Source: a virus (Duplodnaviria; Caudoviricetes). Taken from it: 36,838 nt of DNA. Under the pieces are notes generated by a model. It was not told the DNA's origin. It saw only the letters and a list, made by a program, of their open reading frames with translations, and did no database searches. The stretch covers positions 1 through 36,838 of IMG/VR virus record IMGVR_UViG_3300020413_000002. One strand, given 5' to 3'. The translations under genes were made by a program, and so were the position numbers. How positions within the stretch are numbered: position 1 is the stretch's first letter; every line of letters starts with the position of its first letter. Of the stretch, positions 7,309 to 15,286 are shown piece after piece.

Positions 7309-7751
7309 TAATTATTCTCCATTTTATTTTTATCAAAAACAACTAATGCGCTTGGAAATGGTGCAGAATTTTTACTCCCTCCGAATTTAATTCGTCCTTT
7401 AATAAATGTTATATCTCCTTTCATAACGTAATCGTGCCACCATTTTGTATCAGTGCGACTTGGAATAAGCATGCAAACCCAAGCTCCTTTTAATGATTCT
7501 TCATAAGCTTTTTTAATCCATTTCCCAATCTCTCTACCATATGGAGGATTACACCAAACGCTATCATAAGCACTCCAATTTTTAGTTAATCCGTTATCTT
7601 CTTTAGTATAAAATATATCTGCCTTTGCATTTTCTTTTGAAGCGCAAGCATCTAATTCGAACCAACCTAATCCGTAAGCTTCGCAAACATCATCTATTAT
7701 ATATTGTGGCGTGTACCAATTATCTGTTTTACTACTAAAATGAACACTCAT
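7308..7751 (-). CDS. phage DNA N6-adenine methyltransferase (phage Dam family)
   Basis: DNWYTPQ, LDACAS, DNGL, VWCNPPYG, LIPSRTDTKWWH, GRIKFG and APFPS motifs. Confidence 0.92.
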   Translation of the reverse strand: MSVHFSSKTDNWYTPQYIIDDVCEAYGLGWFELDACASKENAKADIFYTKEDNGLTKNWSAYDSVWCNPPYGREIGKWIKKAYEESLKGAWVCMLIPSRTDTKWWHDYVMKGDITFIKGRIKFGGSKNSAPFPSALVVFDKNKMENN

Positions 7752-7771
7752 TTTTTTTATTCTCCTTATCT

Positions 7772-7805
7772 AGAAAAATAAACCACACCCCGGAAGATGT
7801 GGCTT
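7772..7805 (-). terminator. intrinsic terminator
   Basis: AAGCCACAUC-UUCCGG-GGUGUGGUUU followed by AUUUUU on the minus strand. Confidence 0.65.
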
Positions 7806-7816
7806 ATTATATTTTT

Positions 7817-8068
7817 TTAATCAACTAATTTTAAATGCGTTGGATGAATTCTCCATTGCCCGTGGTCTGTATCAACAGCTATATTTTTAGGTAATAACTT
7901 CGAAACTGTACCTAAAAAAGTACGCCCTTTATGTGTCCAAGAAACTTTTACCCCTACCTTAAAAGCATCTTGAGAATTTCTTAATTCCCTAACTTCTAAC
8001 ATAAATAATTTTTGTTCCATTTTATCAAGCGCTTTGAACTCTTCTAGTAATGATTTAATCTTATTCAT
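7817..8068 (-). CDS. hypothetical protein with SH3/KOW-like C-terminus
   Basis: FKVGVKVSW...GTVSKL..KNIAV...WRI pattern; AAGGA RBS. Confidence 0.7.
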   Translation of the reverse strand: MNKIKSLLEEFKALDKMEQKLFMLEVRELRNSQDAFKVGVKVSWTHKGRTFLGTVSKLLPKNIAVDTDHGQWRIHPTHLKLVD

Positions 8069-8088
8069 AATTTCCTTATATTAATAAT

Positions 8089-8113
8089 TAATAAAAAGAG
8101 GGTTTCCCCTCTT
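8089..8113 (-). terminator. intrinsic terminator
   Basis: AAGAGGG-GAAA-CCCUCUU followed by UUUAUU. Confidence 0.75.
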
Positions 8114-8114
8114 G

Positions 8115-8282
8115 TTAAGCATCATACCCGATTGGGTTTAGATGTTCTTCAATTGTAATCTCATTATCTAAACTTGAATAATAAAGAGAATCACAAAATT
8201 CTTGTAACTCTAACCAACGCGTAAAAGTATTAGATTCTTTTACAATGTTAGTTGTTTCAGTTGTTGCGTAAATATCAGACAT
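8115..8282 (-). CDS. 55-aa acidic microprotein MSDIYATTETTNIVKES...IGYDA (not in ORF track)
   Basis: TAATG coupling to the DUF2958 gene, AAGGA RBS, stop immediately before the terminator. Confidence 0.65.
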   Translation of the reverse strand: MSDIYATTETTNIVKESNTFTRWLELQEFCDSLYYSSLDNEITIEEHLNPIGYDA

Positions 8283-8647
8283 TAAACTAATTCCTTTCCT
8301 TTGATTTTTTCTATTAAATCAAATTGTGATATTTCTGTAAAGTATAAATCTCGTTCAATTGTGTATTTAATATTCCTTTTACTCATTTCTTGCAACTCTT
8401 CTAATTCAGCTAAAGAAAAATAACCGTATTCCCCTTCGCATAAATGAGATGTTACATATCCAAAAAAACATTTATTTGATGGATCATATTCTAAAGCGTA
8501 CCAAGTAAATGAAGAAAACGGAGTAAAAAATTTAGCTATAAATTTATTCTCTCTTGCATTGTCCAATTCTTCTTGAGTCATTGCTCTAGTATTTTCATAA
8601 TTATTTATTAATTTTTTCTCGATTTCATTTGTTAATAATTTTTGCAT
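8282..8647 (-). CDS. DUF2958 family protein
   Basis: KFFTPFSSFTWYALEYD...FFGYV...EYGYFSLAELE...IERDLYF signature. Confidence 0.85.
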   Translation of the reverse strand: MQKLLTNEIEKKLINNYENTRAMTQEELDNARENKFIAKFFTPFSSFTWYALEYDPSNKCFFGYVTSHLCEGEYGYFSLAELEELQEMSKRNIKYTIERDLYFTEISQFDLIEKIKGKELV

Positions 8648-8667
8648 TTAATCATTCCTTATTTTAT

Positions 8668-8685
8668 GGGAGGTTTTACCCTCCC
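8668..8685 (-). other. intergenic hairpin (weak terminator or mRNA-stabilising stem)
   Basis: GGGAGG-N6-CCTCCC, with no strong U-run on the minus strand. Confidence 0.5.
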
Positions 8686-8690
8686 GTTTA

Positions 8691-9137
8691 TTAATATCTA
8701 TTATCGTTGATTTCCCATGTCATAGAAGTTAAATCTTCTTTACCTCTAGCATTTTCCCAACCCTCCCAATCAATATCATTAAGCTTTAAAATATCATCTA
8801 GGATAATCCAACCTAAACCAATTTTAGAAACCCAAATCCATTTATTATTATATTTAACGGGTCTTACTTTTTGATTTTCAATATCTGTCAGCTGACATCT
8901 TTGATTTTTAACTTCTAAACATGAATCTTCAATATCAAGAGTTATCATTTCGTATTCGTTCCAATCAACATTAGATATAACGATTCCGTGATTATCTCTT
9001 AATTCATCTTTAATTGAATTTATTTCAGATTCAACATCTCGGATCGTAGTTGTTTCTGTATCCCATGGAGTATCTGTCTCAACTTCAATCTCTATGTCTA
9101 CTTCTTTTATTTGTATGTCATTTATATTTTGTTGCAT
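8691..9137 (-). CDS. acidic first early protein
   Basis: GGGAG RBS; about 34 D/E versus 15 K/R in 148 aa; first gene of the leftward arm. Confidence 0.75.
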   Translation of the reverse strand: MQQNINDIQIKEVDIEIEVETDTPWDTETTTIRDVESEINSIKDELRDNHGIVISNVDWNEYEMITLDIEDSCLEVKNQRCQLTDIENQKVRPVKYNNKWIWVSKIGLGWIILDDILKLNDIDWEGWENARGKEDLTSMTWEINDNRY

Positions 9138-9295
9138 TGTCTAACTCCCTTTTATTTATGGACATAATTTTATCAAAAAAAAACATAAAAAAAAGAAAAA
9201 AGTGATAAAAAGTTGTATCTAATTTTGAATCAATAAATCGTGTTTTTTGAATTGCCTAAACTCCTGGAAATTATAAAAAATACCCCAAAAGCTGC

Positions 9296-9343
9296 ACACC
9301 ATATATTGTGGTATTAAAAATAAAAAACCACAACATATTGTAT
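9296..9343. promoter_or_regulatory. tandem NrdR-box-like operators
   Basis: ACACCATATATTGTGG (9296-9311) and CCACAACATATTGTAT (9328-9343) versus consensus acaCwAtATaTwGtgt; 32-bp start-to-start spacing. Confidence 0.65.
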
Positions 9344-9495
9344 GCCCTAAAATGGACAAACTAACCCTTATTAAGGTAGTTATATAGCTTAAGCCTAAAG
9401 TCCATTAAAACGCAAATATGGAGGTTTTAAGCATGTAAAGTAAAAAACACTAAATAATCATATTATTTTTATATCATTTGAATTATGTTTACATA

Positions 9496-9834
9496 ATGAA
9501 AGCACAAGAAATTTTTGACCAAATGAAAACAGCTGACAACAAAACCCTTTGGGTCATAGCTAAACAATACGCTTTAATAATTAGAAAATATGAAAAACTC
9601 ATAGAAGAGAATAAACAAACTAAATTAAAAAAAGAGAAGTTTGAACCTTTAGCCGATTTACTCAACGATAAACCGAAGCTACGCGCACGCGTATTGCAAC
9701 ATCTGTTCCAAGAGTCTGAAAAGGGAAACGCTCAAGCTTCTGATAAACTCGCAAGGCTTTCGGGTTTAGAAGTTGATAAACAAGATTTAATAATAGAAAT
9801 AATATCTTACAAAGATGTAATTAATAAGAAATAA
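9496..9834 (+). CDS. putative terminase small subunit
   Basis: First gene of the late arm, upstream of TerL; helical with GNAQASDKLARLSGL and a beta-like tail. Assignment is mostly positional. Confidence 0.55.
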   Translation: MKAQEIFDQMKTADNKTLWVIAKQYALIIRKYEKLIEENKQTKLKKEKFEPLADLLNDKPKLRARVLQHLFQESEKGNAQASDKLARLSGLEVDKQDLIIEIISYKDVINKK

Positions 9835-9959
9835 CTACAAATATGTAGTATTGTAATATATAGTATTTTTCTGACAGCTTTTGTAAAATGCCAATAAAAA
9901 ATTTTGACGATCAAGAATCAAAAATATAATTTAATATAATAAAAGAGGGTAAACAAAAT

Positions 9960-10130
9960 TTGGAAAATTTGAACCTACTACAACTCATACAAGAGTTATT
10001 ATACTGTGAATGTACAGATTGTAAGAATTATTTCTTCGTTAGAGAAATAGGCGAATATAATGATCCCAATTATTGTCCATATTGTGGTAGTAAGTTTAGA
10101 TACCAGGTAGATTATGATAGTATGCGATAA
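9960..10130 (+). CDS. 56-aa zinc-ribbon microprotein (CTDC...CPYCG; not in ORF track)
   Basis: TTG start after AGAGGG: MENLNLLQLIQELLYCECTDCKNYFFVREIGEYNDPNYCPYCGSKFRYQVDYDSMR. Confidence 0.65.
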   Translation: MENLNLLQLIQELLYCECTDCKNYFFVREIGEYNDPNYCPYCGSKFRYQVDYDSMR

Positions 10131-10257
10131 ATGTTTTTGTGAAGATACAAAGGATAATCCAGTAATAACAAGAATAACAACAGACGGGTTATTTAATGAA
10201 ACTATTTGTAAAGAATGTATAGAGGAAGATGACAACAATCCGATTACCTATCGTTGA
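10114..10257 (+). CDS. 47-aa zinc-finger microprotein (CDKC...CKEC; not in ORF track)
   Basis: MIVCDKCFCEDTKDNPVITRITTDGLFNETICKECIEEDDNNPITYR; overlaps both neighbours. Confidence 0.6.
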   Translation: MIVCDKCFCEDTKDNPVITRITTDGLFNETICKECIEEDDNNPITYR

Positions 10258-11635
10258 ACCTCGTGACTATCAAGTGCCTTTTATGAAGGCTTTTGACAAC
10301 GGGGCGCAGTATTGTCTTATATCCTGGCATAGACGTGCTGGTAAAGACGTAGCTTCTTTTAGTGCTATGGTTAGTAAAGCTATACAAACTACTGGAAACT
10401 ACTATTACTTATTCCCAACAAGAGCATGGGCGCAACGGGCATTATGGGATAATATATGTGAGTGGGGTGGAGGTAAGAAGCTTATTGATTTACTTTGTCC
10501 AAGTGAAATTGTAGCAAGAAAAAACAATAGTGACTTCTTTTTAGATTTAGTAAATGGTTCTAGAATAAAGATTGATGGTACAGATAACTTAAACTTTGTA
10601 GGACAAGGAGGATCAGGATATGTCTTATCAGAGTTTTCTTTACATAAAGAAGAAGTTACTGGATTTTTAGCGCCAATCCTAACAGAAGGTAATGCCTGGG
10701 TTATCTTTAATGGTACATTACGAGGTAAGGCTAATCATTTATGGAAGTTATATAATTCTAATAAAAATAGAGATAACTGGTTTACAGAACATTTAACGTT
10801 AGAAGATACTAAAACTAACTATTGGGTTAGTGATGAGATGAATGTTAATCCCGAATTAAAAGGTAAGATTAGCAAATATGATAATAGAGAATATAAAAAC
10901 ATACAAGATGATTTAGATGCAGGTATTATATCTTATGCTATGGCGCGCCAGGAGTATATGAATGAGGCAGTATCTCAAGTAGAAGGCTCATACTATGGTC
11001 GCGAATTAGAGATTATGAGAGGAGAGGGTCGGTATGGTTCATTTGATTTAAAAGATGACCATGTGTATACATTTTGGGATTTAGGTGTATCAGATAAGAC
11101 TTGCATTGTATTTGCACAAATTTTTAACGGCAAAGCCGTTGTGATCGACTACCATGAATCTAGTGGGAAAAAGATTCAAGATTATGCTGTTGTAGTAAAT
11201 AGCAAAACTTATAAGTATGGTGGTCACTATGCACCACATGATGTATCAAAACGTATGTTGTTTGGAGATTTAGTTACAAAAGCAAAAGAAGTAGGTATAG
11301 ATTTTAGACGTGTACCTAAAACAAATTCCGTTTTAGAAGATATAGAAATTTGTCGTAGAAGATTAAAAGATTGTTTTATACATGAAAGATGTGAAGATTT
11401 ATTAAATCATTTAGATTCATATAGAGAAAGTGGTAGTGGCAAACCAATACATGATGATCATTCGCATGGTGCAGATGCATTTAGAACAATGATGATGGCT
11501 ATACAATTAAATTTAATAACACCTTACTTATCTGTAGAAAATAATATAAAATTACCTGAATTTGTTAGTCCAGTAGCACAAAATTACGCAGGAGGATTGT
11601 TAAGTGTGGAACAAGATGAAGGATTATTTTGGTAG
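10229..11635 (+). CDS. terL: terminase large subunit
   Basis: Q motif RDYQ, Walker A WHRRAGKD, Walker B variant YVLSEFS, QEYM, nuclease WDLGVSD, APHD and SHGADAFR. Confidence 0.95.
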   Translation: MTTIRLPIVEPRDYQVPFMKAFDNGAQYCLISWHRRAGKDVASFSAMVSKAIQTTGNYYYLFPTRAWAQRALWDNICEWGGGKKLIDLLCPSEIVARKNNSDFFLDLVNGSRIKIDGTDNLNFVGQGGSGYVLSEFSLHKEEVTGFLAPILTEGNAWVIFNGTLRGKANHLWKLYNSNKNRDNWFTEHLTLEDTKTNYWVSDEMNVNPELKGKISKYDNREYKNIQDDLDAGIISYAMARQEYMNEAVSQVEGSYYGRELEIMRGEGRYGSFDLKDDHVYTFWDLGVSDKTCIVFAQIFNGKAVVIDYHESSGKKIQDYAVVVNSKTYKYGGHYAPHDVSKRMLFGDLVTKAKEVGIDFRRVPKTNSVLEDIEICRRRLKDCFIHERCEDLLNHLDSYRESGSGKPIHDDHSHGADAFRTMMMAIQLNLITPYLSVENNIKLPEFVSPVAQNYAGGLLSVEQDEGLFW

Positions 11636-11927
11636 TAATTATTTTGAAATAATAAATTATTACGGAGAACATGGATATATATATTCGGATAATCAATTAT
11701 TATTATTGGCTATGCCTCATAATACCGAGAATTTAATTAATGAAAAACAACTTGACACATGTAACTGTTGGTATGTACATTACGCGTCAGGTAATTTAAA
11801 AAGAGCATTTGAAATAATGCCATATGAATTAGAATGGGTAGCTTTTGAAAGAGGCGATGATAAACCTATAAAAAAATACAACTTAAAGAAGTTGAGAAAA
11901 AGGATAGAAAAAAATGGGTCGAAGTAG
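11604..11927 (+). CDS. hypothetical protein (possibly a degenerate GNAT fold)
   Basis: GTG start after AGGAGG; WYVHYASG...LEWVAFER pattern of a kind seen between terL and portal in podoviruses. Confidence 0.65.
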   Translation: MWNKMKDYFGSNYFEIINYYGEHGYIYSDNQLLLLAMPHNTENLINEKQLDTCNCWYVHYASGNLKRAFEIMPYELEWVAFERGDDKPIKKYNLKKLRKRIEKNGSK

Positions 11928-12324
11928 TAGTAAAAAATCATTTAAACCAAAGCCACCACCAAAACCCCCTGAAGCTGTAAATGTAGAATTTGTTAAACCT
12001 ATTGTCCAAGAACGAATGGCTATGAGACAAGGGAGACGCGCAGGTTATATAACAAGAGGTCAGGGTCTTGGTTCTGGAGGAGCAAGGTTAGGAAGTGGTT
12101 CATCAATGAAGGCTGATATTGCAGATAGAATGGGAGTAGATGATACTTCTACAGCTGGCACTATTGGAGAGTTCAGAGGTCAAAAAACCTATAAAGGCAA
12201 GAGAAAGTATGGTTTCTTTGGTAAAAGAAAAAAAAGAAATACAGCTCAATATAATGCATTTTTAGCTGCAAGAAAAAGACAAGCTTTGAACACGGGAAAA
12301 ATTAAAGAGCTTGGAGAAAAATAA
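11914..12324 (+). CDS. basic pre-portal virion protein
   Basis: MG...PKPPP start, G/R-rich, coupled to the portal gene (T7 gp7.3-like position). Confidence 0.65.
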   Translation: MGRSSSKKSFKPKPPPKPPEAVNVEFVKPIVQERMAMRQGRRAGYITRGQGLGSGGARLGSGSSMKADIADRMGVDDTSTAGTIGEFRGQKTYKGKRKYGFFGKRKKRNTAQYNAFLAARKRQALNTGKIKELGEK

Positions 12325-13973
12325 TGCCAGCTGACAATTTAATTAAGATGTATAACCGAGAAAAAGGTAGCTCGGAACGAAACAATTTTAATTCTGTATA
12401 TCAAACGTGTGCAGAATTTTGTAACCCTACAGCAGATACTTTATTAGGAAGACAATCAAAAGGCAATCGTAATGATAGCCAAAGAATAACTGATATTGGA
12501 ATAAAATCTAGACGTATGTTTACGGCTGGTATGATGTCGCACCTATTTCCACAAGGACAAAATTGGTTACGCATTGTAACTAAAAATAGAGACTTAATGG
12601 AAATAGATAATGTTAAAAGAGCATTAACTGATGCAACAAAACGTTTTATGTCTGCTATAGAAAACTCAAACTTCTATGAAGAAATGGGTCAATGTATCGA
12701 CCATTGTGGATATATAGGAACAACTTCATTATATTGTGAATCTAATATAGATAGTATATTTAATTTTAGATCGCATTATATAGACAAATTTTATTTTTGT
12801 GAAAATTATGAAGGTAAAGTTGACACATATATGCGTGACTTTATGCTTACTGCAAGACAAGCATATCAAAAGTTTGGAGATAGTTGTCCTGATGTAATTA
12901 AGGAAACTTATAGTGATCCTCGTTTATCTAATAAAGAATATAAATTTATTCATGTTGTTATGCCTAGAGCAGAATACAACGAAAAAAAGAAAGCTGAAAA
13001 ACTTAACTTACCAGTAGCTTCTTATTATGTTTCTATGGATAGCAAAGAAATAGTATTAGAAGAAGGTTTTCACGAAATGCCTTATAATGTTGGAAGATTT
13101 TATAAAAACAATTATGAAAAGTATGGTCGTAGTCCAGCATCAGAAGTAATAAGTACATTCCCATTATTAAATAGAATGGAAGTATCTCGTATTCGTGGAG
13201 CAGAAAGATTATCTAATCCTCCCTGGCTAGCACCTAATGATGGTAGTGTTAGACGTATATCTAATGATTCGGGTTCTATTATATATTGGAACGCTGGTAA
13301 TCCATTATCTAAACCTGAACAATTAAGACCCTCTGATAATGTTGTTATTAATGATGAAATGATTCAGAAAAAAGAAGAAGAAATAATGGATGCTTTTTAT
13401 ATTCCATTGTTTAATCCTTTACTTAATAAACGAAATATGACAGCACAAGAAACACAAGAAAGATTAAACTTATCTTTACAATTTCTTACACCAGCTGTTA
13501 ATCGTTTAAATAAATATTTTGTTAAACCATCTTTAGAAAGAGCATTTGCAATAATGTTACGTCAAGAAGGTTTAGGTTCATTAAATATACCTGAATTAGA
13601 AGATCAAGATATAGATTTTGATTTAGTAGGTAAAGCATCATTAGCTGCAAGACAAATAGAATTATTTGGGACAATGACTGCTATGAATCAGTTAGCTCTT
13701 GTAGGACAAGTTAAACCTGAAATATGGGATAACATTAATGCTGATAAAACTGCTAGATTTATACAAGAAGTTAATATGTGTCCAGTTGAATTACAAAATT
13801 CAGAAGAAGTTGTTAATGGTATTAGACAAGCGCAACAAGAACAGCTGGCCGCACAACAAGAAATGATGATGGCTCAAACAGCTGCTGACGCATATCAAAA
13901 AACTTCTAAAGCGCCTGAAGGCAATAGTCCAGGTGCAAGATTAAATGAATTAAACCCAGAGGAATTATTATAA
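12324..13973 (+). CDS. portal (head-tail connector) protein, T7/BPP-1 type
   Basis: 549 aa; SNFYEE, GTTSLY, EEGFHEMPY..GRF, YGRSPA and MTAQE...R motifs; Q-rich C-terminus. Confidence 0.95.
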   Translation: MPADNLIKMYNREKGSSERNNFNSVYQTCAEFCNPTADTLLGRQSKGNRNDSQRITDIGIKSRRMFTAGMMSHLFPQGQNWLRIVTKNRDLMEIDNVKRALTDATKRFMSAIENSNFYEEMGQCIDHCGYIGTTSLYCESNIDSIFNFRSHYIDKFYFCENYEGKVDTYMRDFMLTARQAYQKFGDSCPDVIKETYSDPRLSNKEYKFIHVVMPRAEYNEKKKAEKLNLPVASYYVSMDSKEIVLEEGFHEMPYNVGRFYKNNYEKYGRSPASEVISTFPLLNRMEVSRIRGAERLSNPPWLAPNDGSVRRISNDSGSIIYWNAGNPLSKPEQLRPSDNVVINDEMIQKKEEEIMDAFYIPLFNPLLNKRNMTAQETQERLNLSLQFLTPAVNRLNKYFVKPSLERAFAIMLRQEGLGSLNIPELEDQDIDFDLVGKASLAARQIELFGTMTAMNQLALVGQVKPEIWDNINADKTARFIQEVNMCPVELQNSEEVVNGIRQAQQEQLAAQQEMMMAQTAADAYQKTSKAPEGNSPGARLNELNPEELL

Positions 13974-14249
13974 ATGGATATAGTCGATAAAGTGTCGTAC
14001 GATTTTGAGTGGGACAACGAGGAGGACTTAATCGAAGCTACCAGGAGAGCTTACCACGAAGTCTTTGATATAGAAAACAAAAACTGTCAATTAGTAATGC
14101 GACATATTTGTAATCTATGCAAATGGAATGATATGAGTGAATTTAACGATTCTATAATGGAAGCTAAATACAATTCGTTAAAGAATGTTATTCATAATAT
14201 CAAATATATATTAAACAAACAACCTAGTAAGGAGGATTCTTATGAGTGA
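13974..14249 (+). CDS. small head-associated protein (Bbp19-like position)
   Basis: Lies between portal and scaffold; RAYHEVF...QLVMRHI pattern. Confidence 0.65.
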   Translation: MDIVDKVSYDFEWDNEEDLIEATRRAYHEVFDIENKNCQLVMRHICNLCKWNDMSEFNDSIMEAKYNSLKNVIHNIKYILNKQPSKEDSYE

Positions 14250-15096
14250 AGAATCAAATGAACCTACTGTAACAGAAACAGAAGAAACTAATGAAACAAC
14301 AACACCAAGTGCTGATAACTTTGTTGAGTCTATGTTAAATCAAATAGATGATACAGAAGTGAAGGATGCTGGGTTTTGGAAAAACTTGGAGGGAAAAAAT
14401 GCTAACGAAGTTGGTAAGTATATTAAAGAACTACAAAGTTTCGCAGGAAGAAAAGGCGATATACCGAAAGATGACGCAACGGATGAAGAGTGGAATGCTT
14501 TTTATCAAAAGCTGGGTCGTCCTGAAACTATTGAAGGATATGATTTTTCAGTTAATGAAGAATTTAAAGAACTTGTTGGCGAAGCTGCTCCGTTTTTCGA
14601 TAAAGTTGTATCTGATTTTAAAGAAAAAGCGTTTCAATTAGGTGCTACCCCTAAAGCTGCTGAAGATTTAGTTGGATGGTATCTTGAAACAGTTGGTGGT
14701 CAGTTTAAAGAAGCTGACGAAGTTTCTAAAGAAGAAACAGAAAATAATATAGAAACTTTAAGAAACGAATGGGGTTCATCATTTGATGGCATAACATCTC
14801 AAATAAATGGTTTGTTAAAATCAAATGGTATGTCTGATGAAGAATTACAATGGGCAAATGACATTGGTATTCTAACAGAACCTAGTATAGCTATACCTTT
14901 AGCAAATATAGCAAAACAATTTGCTGATTCTCCTGAAATTGGACATTTACATACATCTACAAATGCTGGAATACAAGATCAATTAGCAGAAGTAGAGATG
15001 GAAGTAGCTGATTTTATTAGACAAGGTAAGAATATACCACCACATATAGCTGAAAAAAGAATAAGTTTAATGCAGAAGCTAGGCGATAATCTTTAA
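14242..15096 (+). CDS. capsid scaffolding protein
   Basis: Acidic; IPKDDATDEEWNAFYQKLGRPE and LRNEWG motifs; precedes the capsid gene. Confidence 0.88.
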   Translation: MSEESNEPTVTETEETNETTTPSADNFVESMLNQIDDTEVKDAGFWKNLEGKNANEVGKYIKELQSFAGRKGDIPKDDATDEEWNAFYQKLGRPETIEGYDFSVNEEFKELVGEAAPFFDKVVSDFKEKAFQLGATPKAAEDLVGWYLETVGGQFKEADEVSKEETENNIETLRNEWGSSFDGITSQINGLLKSNGMSDEELQWANDIGILTEPSIAIPLANIAKQFADSPEIGHLHTSTNAGIQDQLAEVEMEVADFIRQGKNIPPHIAEKRISLMQKLGDNL

Positions 15097-15113
15097 AAAA
15101 AATACAATTTTGT

Positions 15114-15141
15114 TTGACATAAACTACAATTTTGTTATTTT
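15114..15141 (+). promoter_or_regulatory. capsid gene promoter TTGACA-N16-TATTTT (TGn-extended)
   Basis: Perfect -35 hexamer in the intergenic gap before the structured leader. Confidence 0.6.
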
Positions 15142-15152
15142 GCATAAATAAT

Positions 15153-15243
15153 GAAGAGGATAACCTTTATGACCCTCTAATTTAAACGTCAACCCAGACG
15201 TTAAGTGGTAGGCAAGACCTCCTATGGAGACAATCATAGCCGA
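15153..15243 (+). promoter_or_regulatory. structured 5' leader of the capsid gene
   Basis: Three stems: AGAGG/CCTCT, AACGTC/GACGTT, and GGC..CTCC-TAT-GGAG..GCC. Confidence 0.55.
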
Positions 15244-15286
15244 TTGTAAACTAGATTAATTAACTGTGATAAAATAGGAGAAAGAT

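Noticed and set aside
4201-7346. Alternative-frame or antisense ORFs 4201-4431, 6852-7052 and 7116-7346
   Set aside because: They lie within well-supported genes and have no recognisable motifs.
9834-9849. Third NrdR box (ACTACAAATATGTAGT)
   Set aside because: Palindromic, but the core register does not fit the consensus and there is no partner box at 31-32 bp.
9999-10238. Minus-strand 79-aa ORF
   Set aside because: Shadow of the two plus-strand zinc-finger microproteins.
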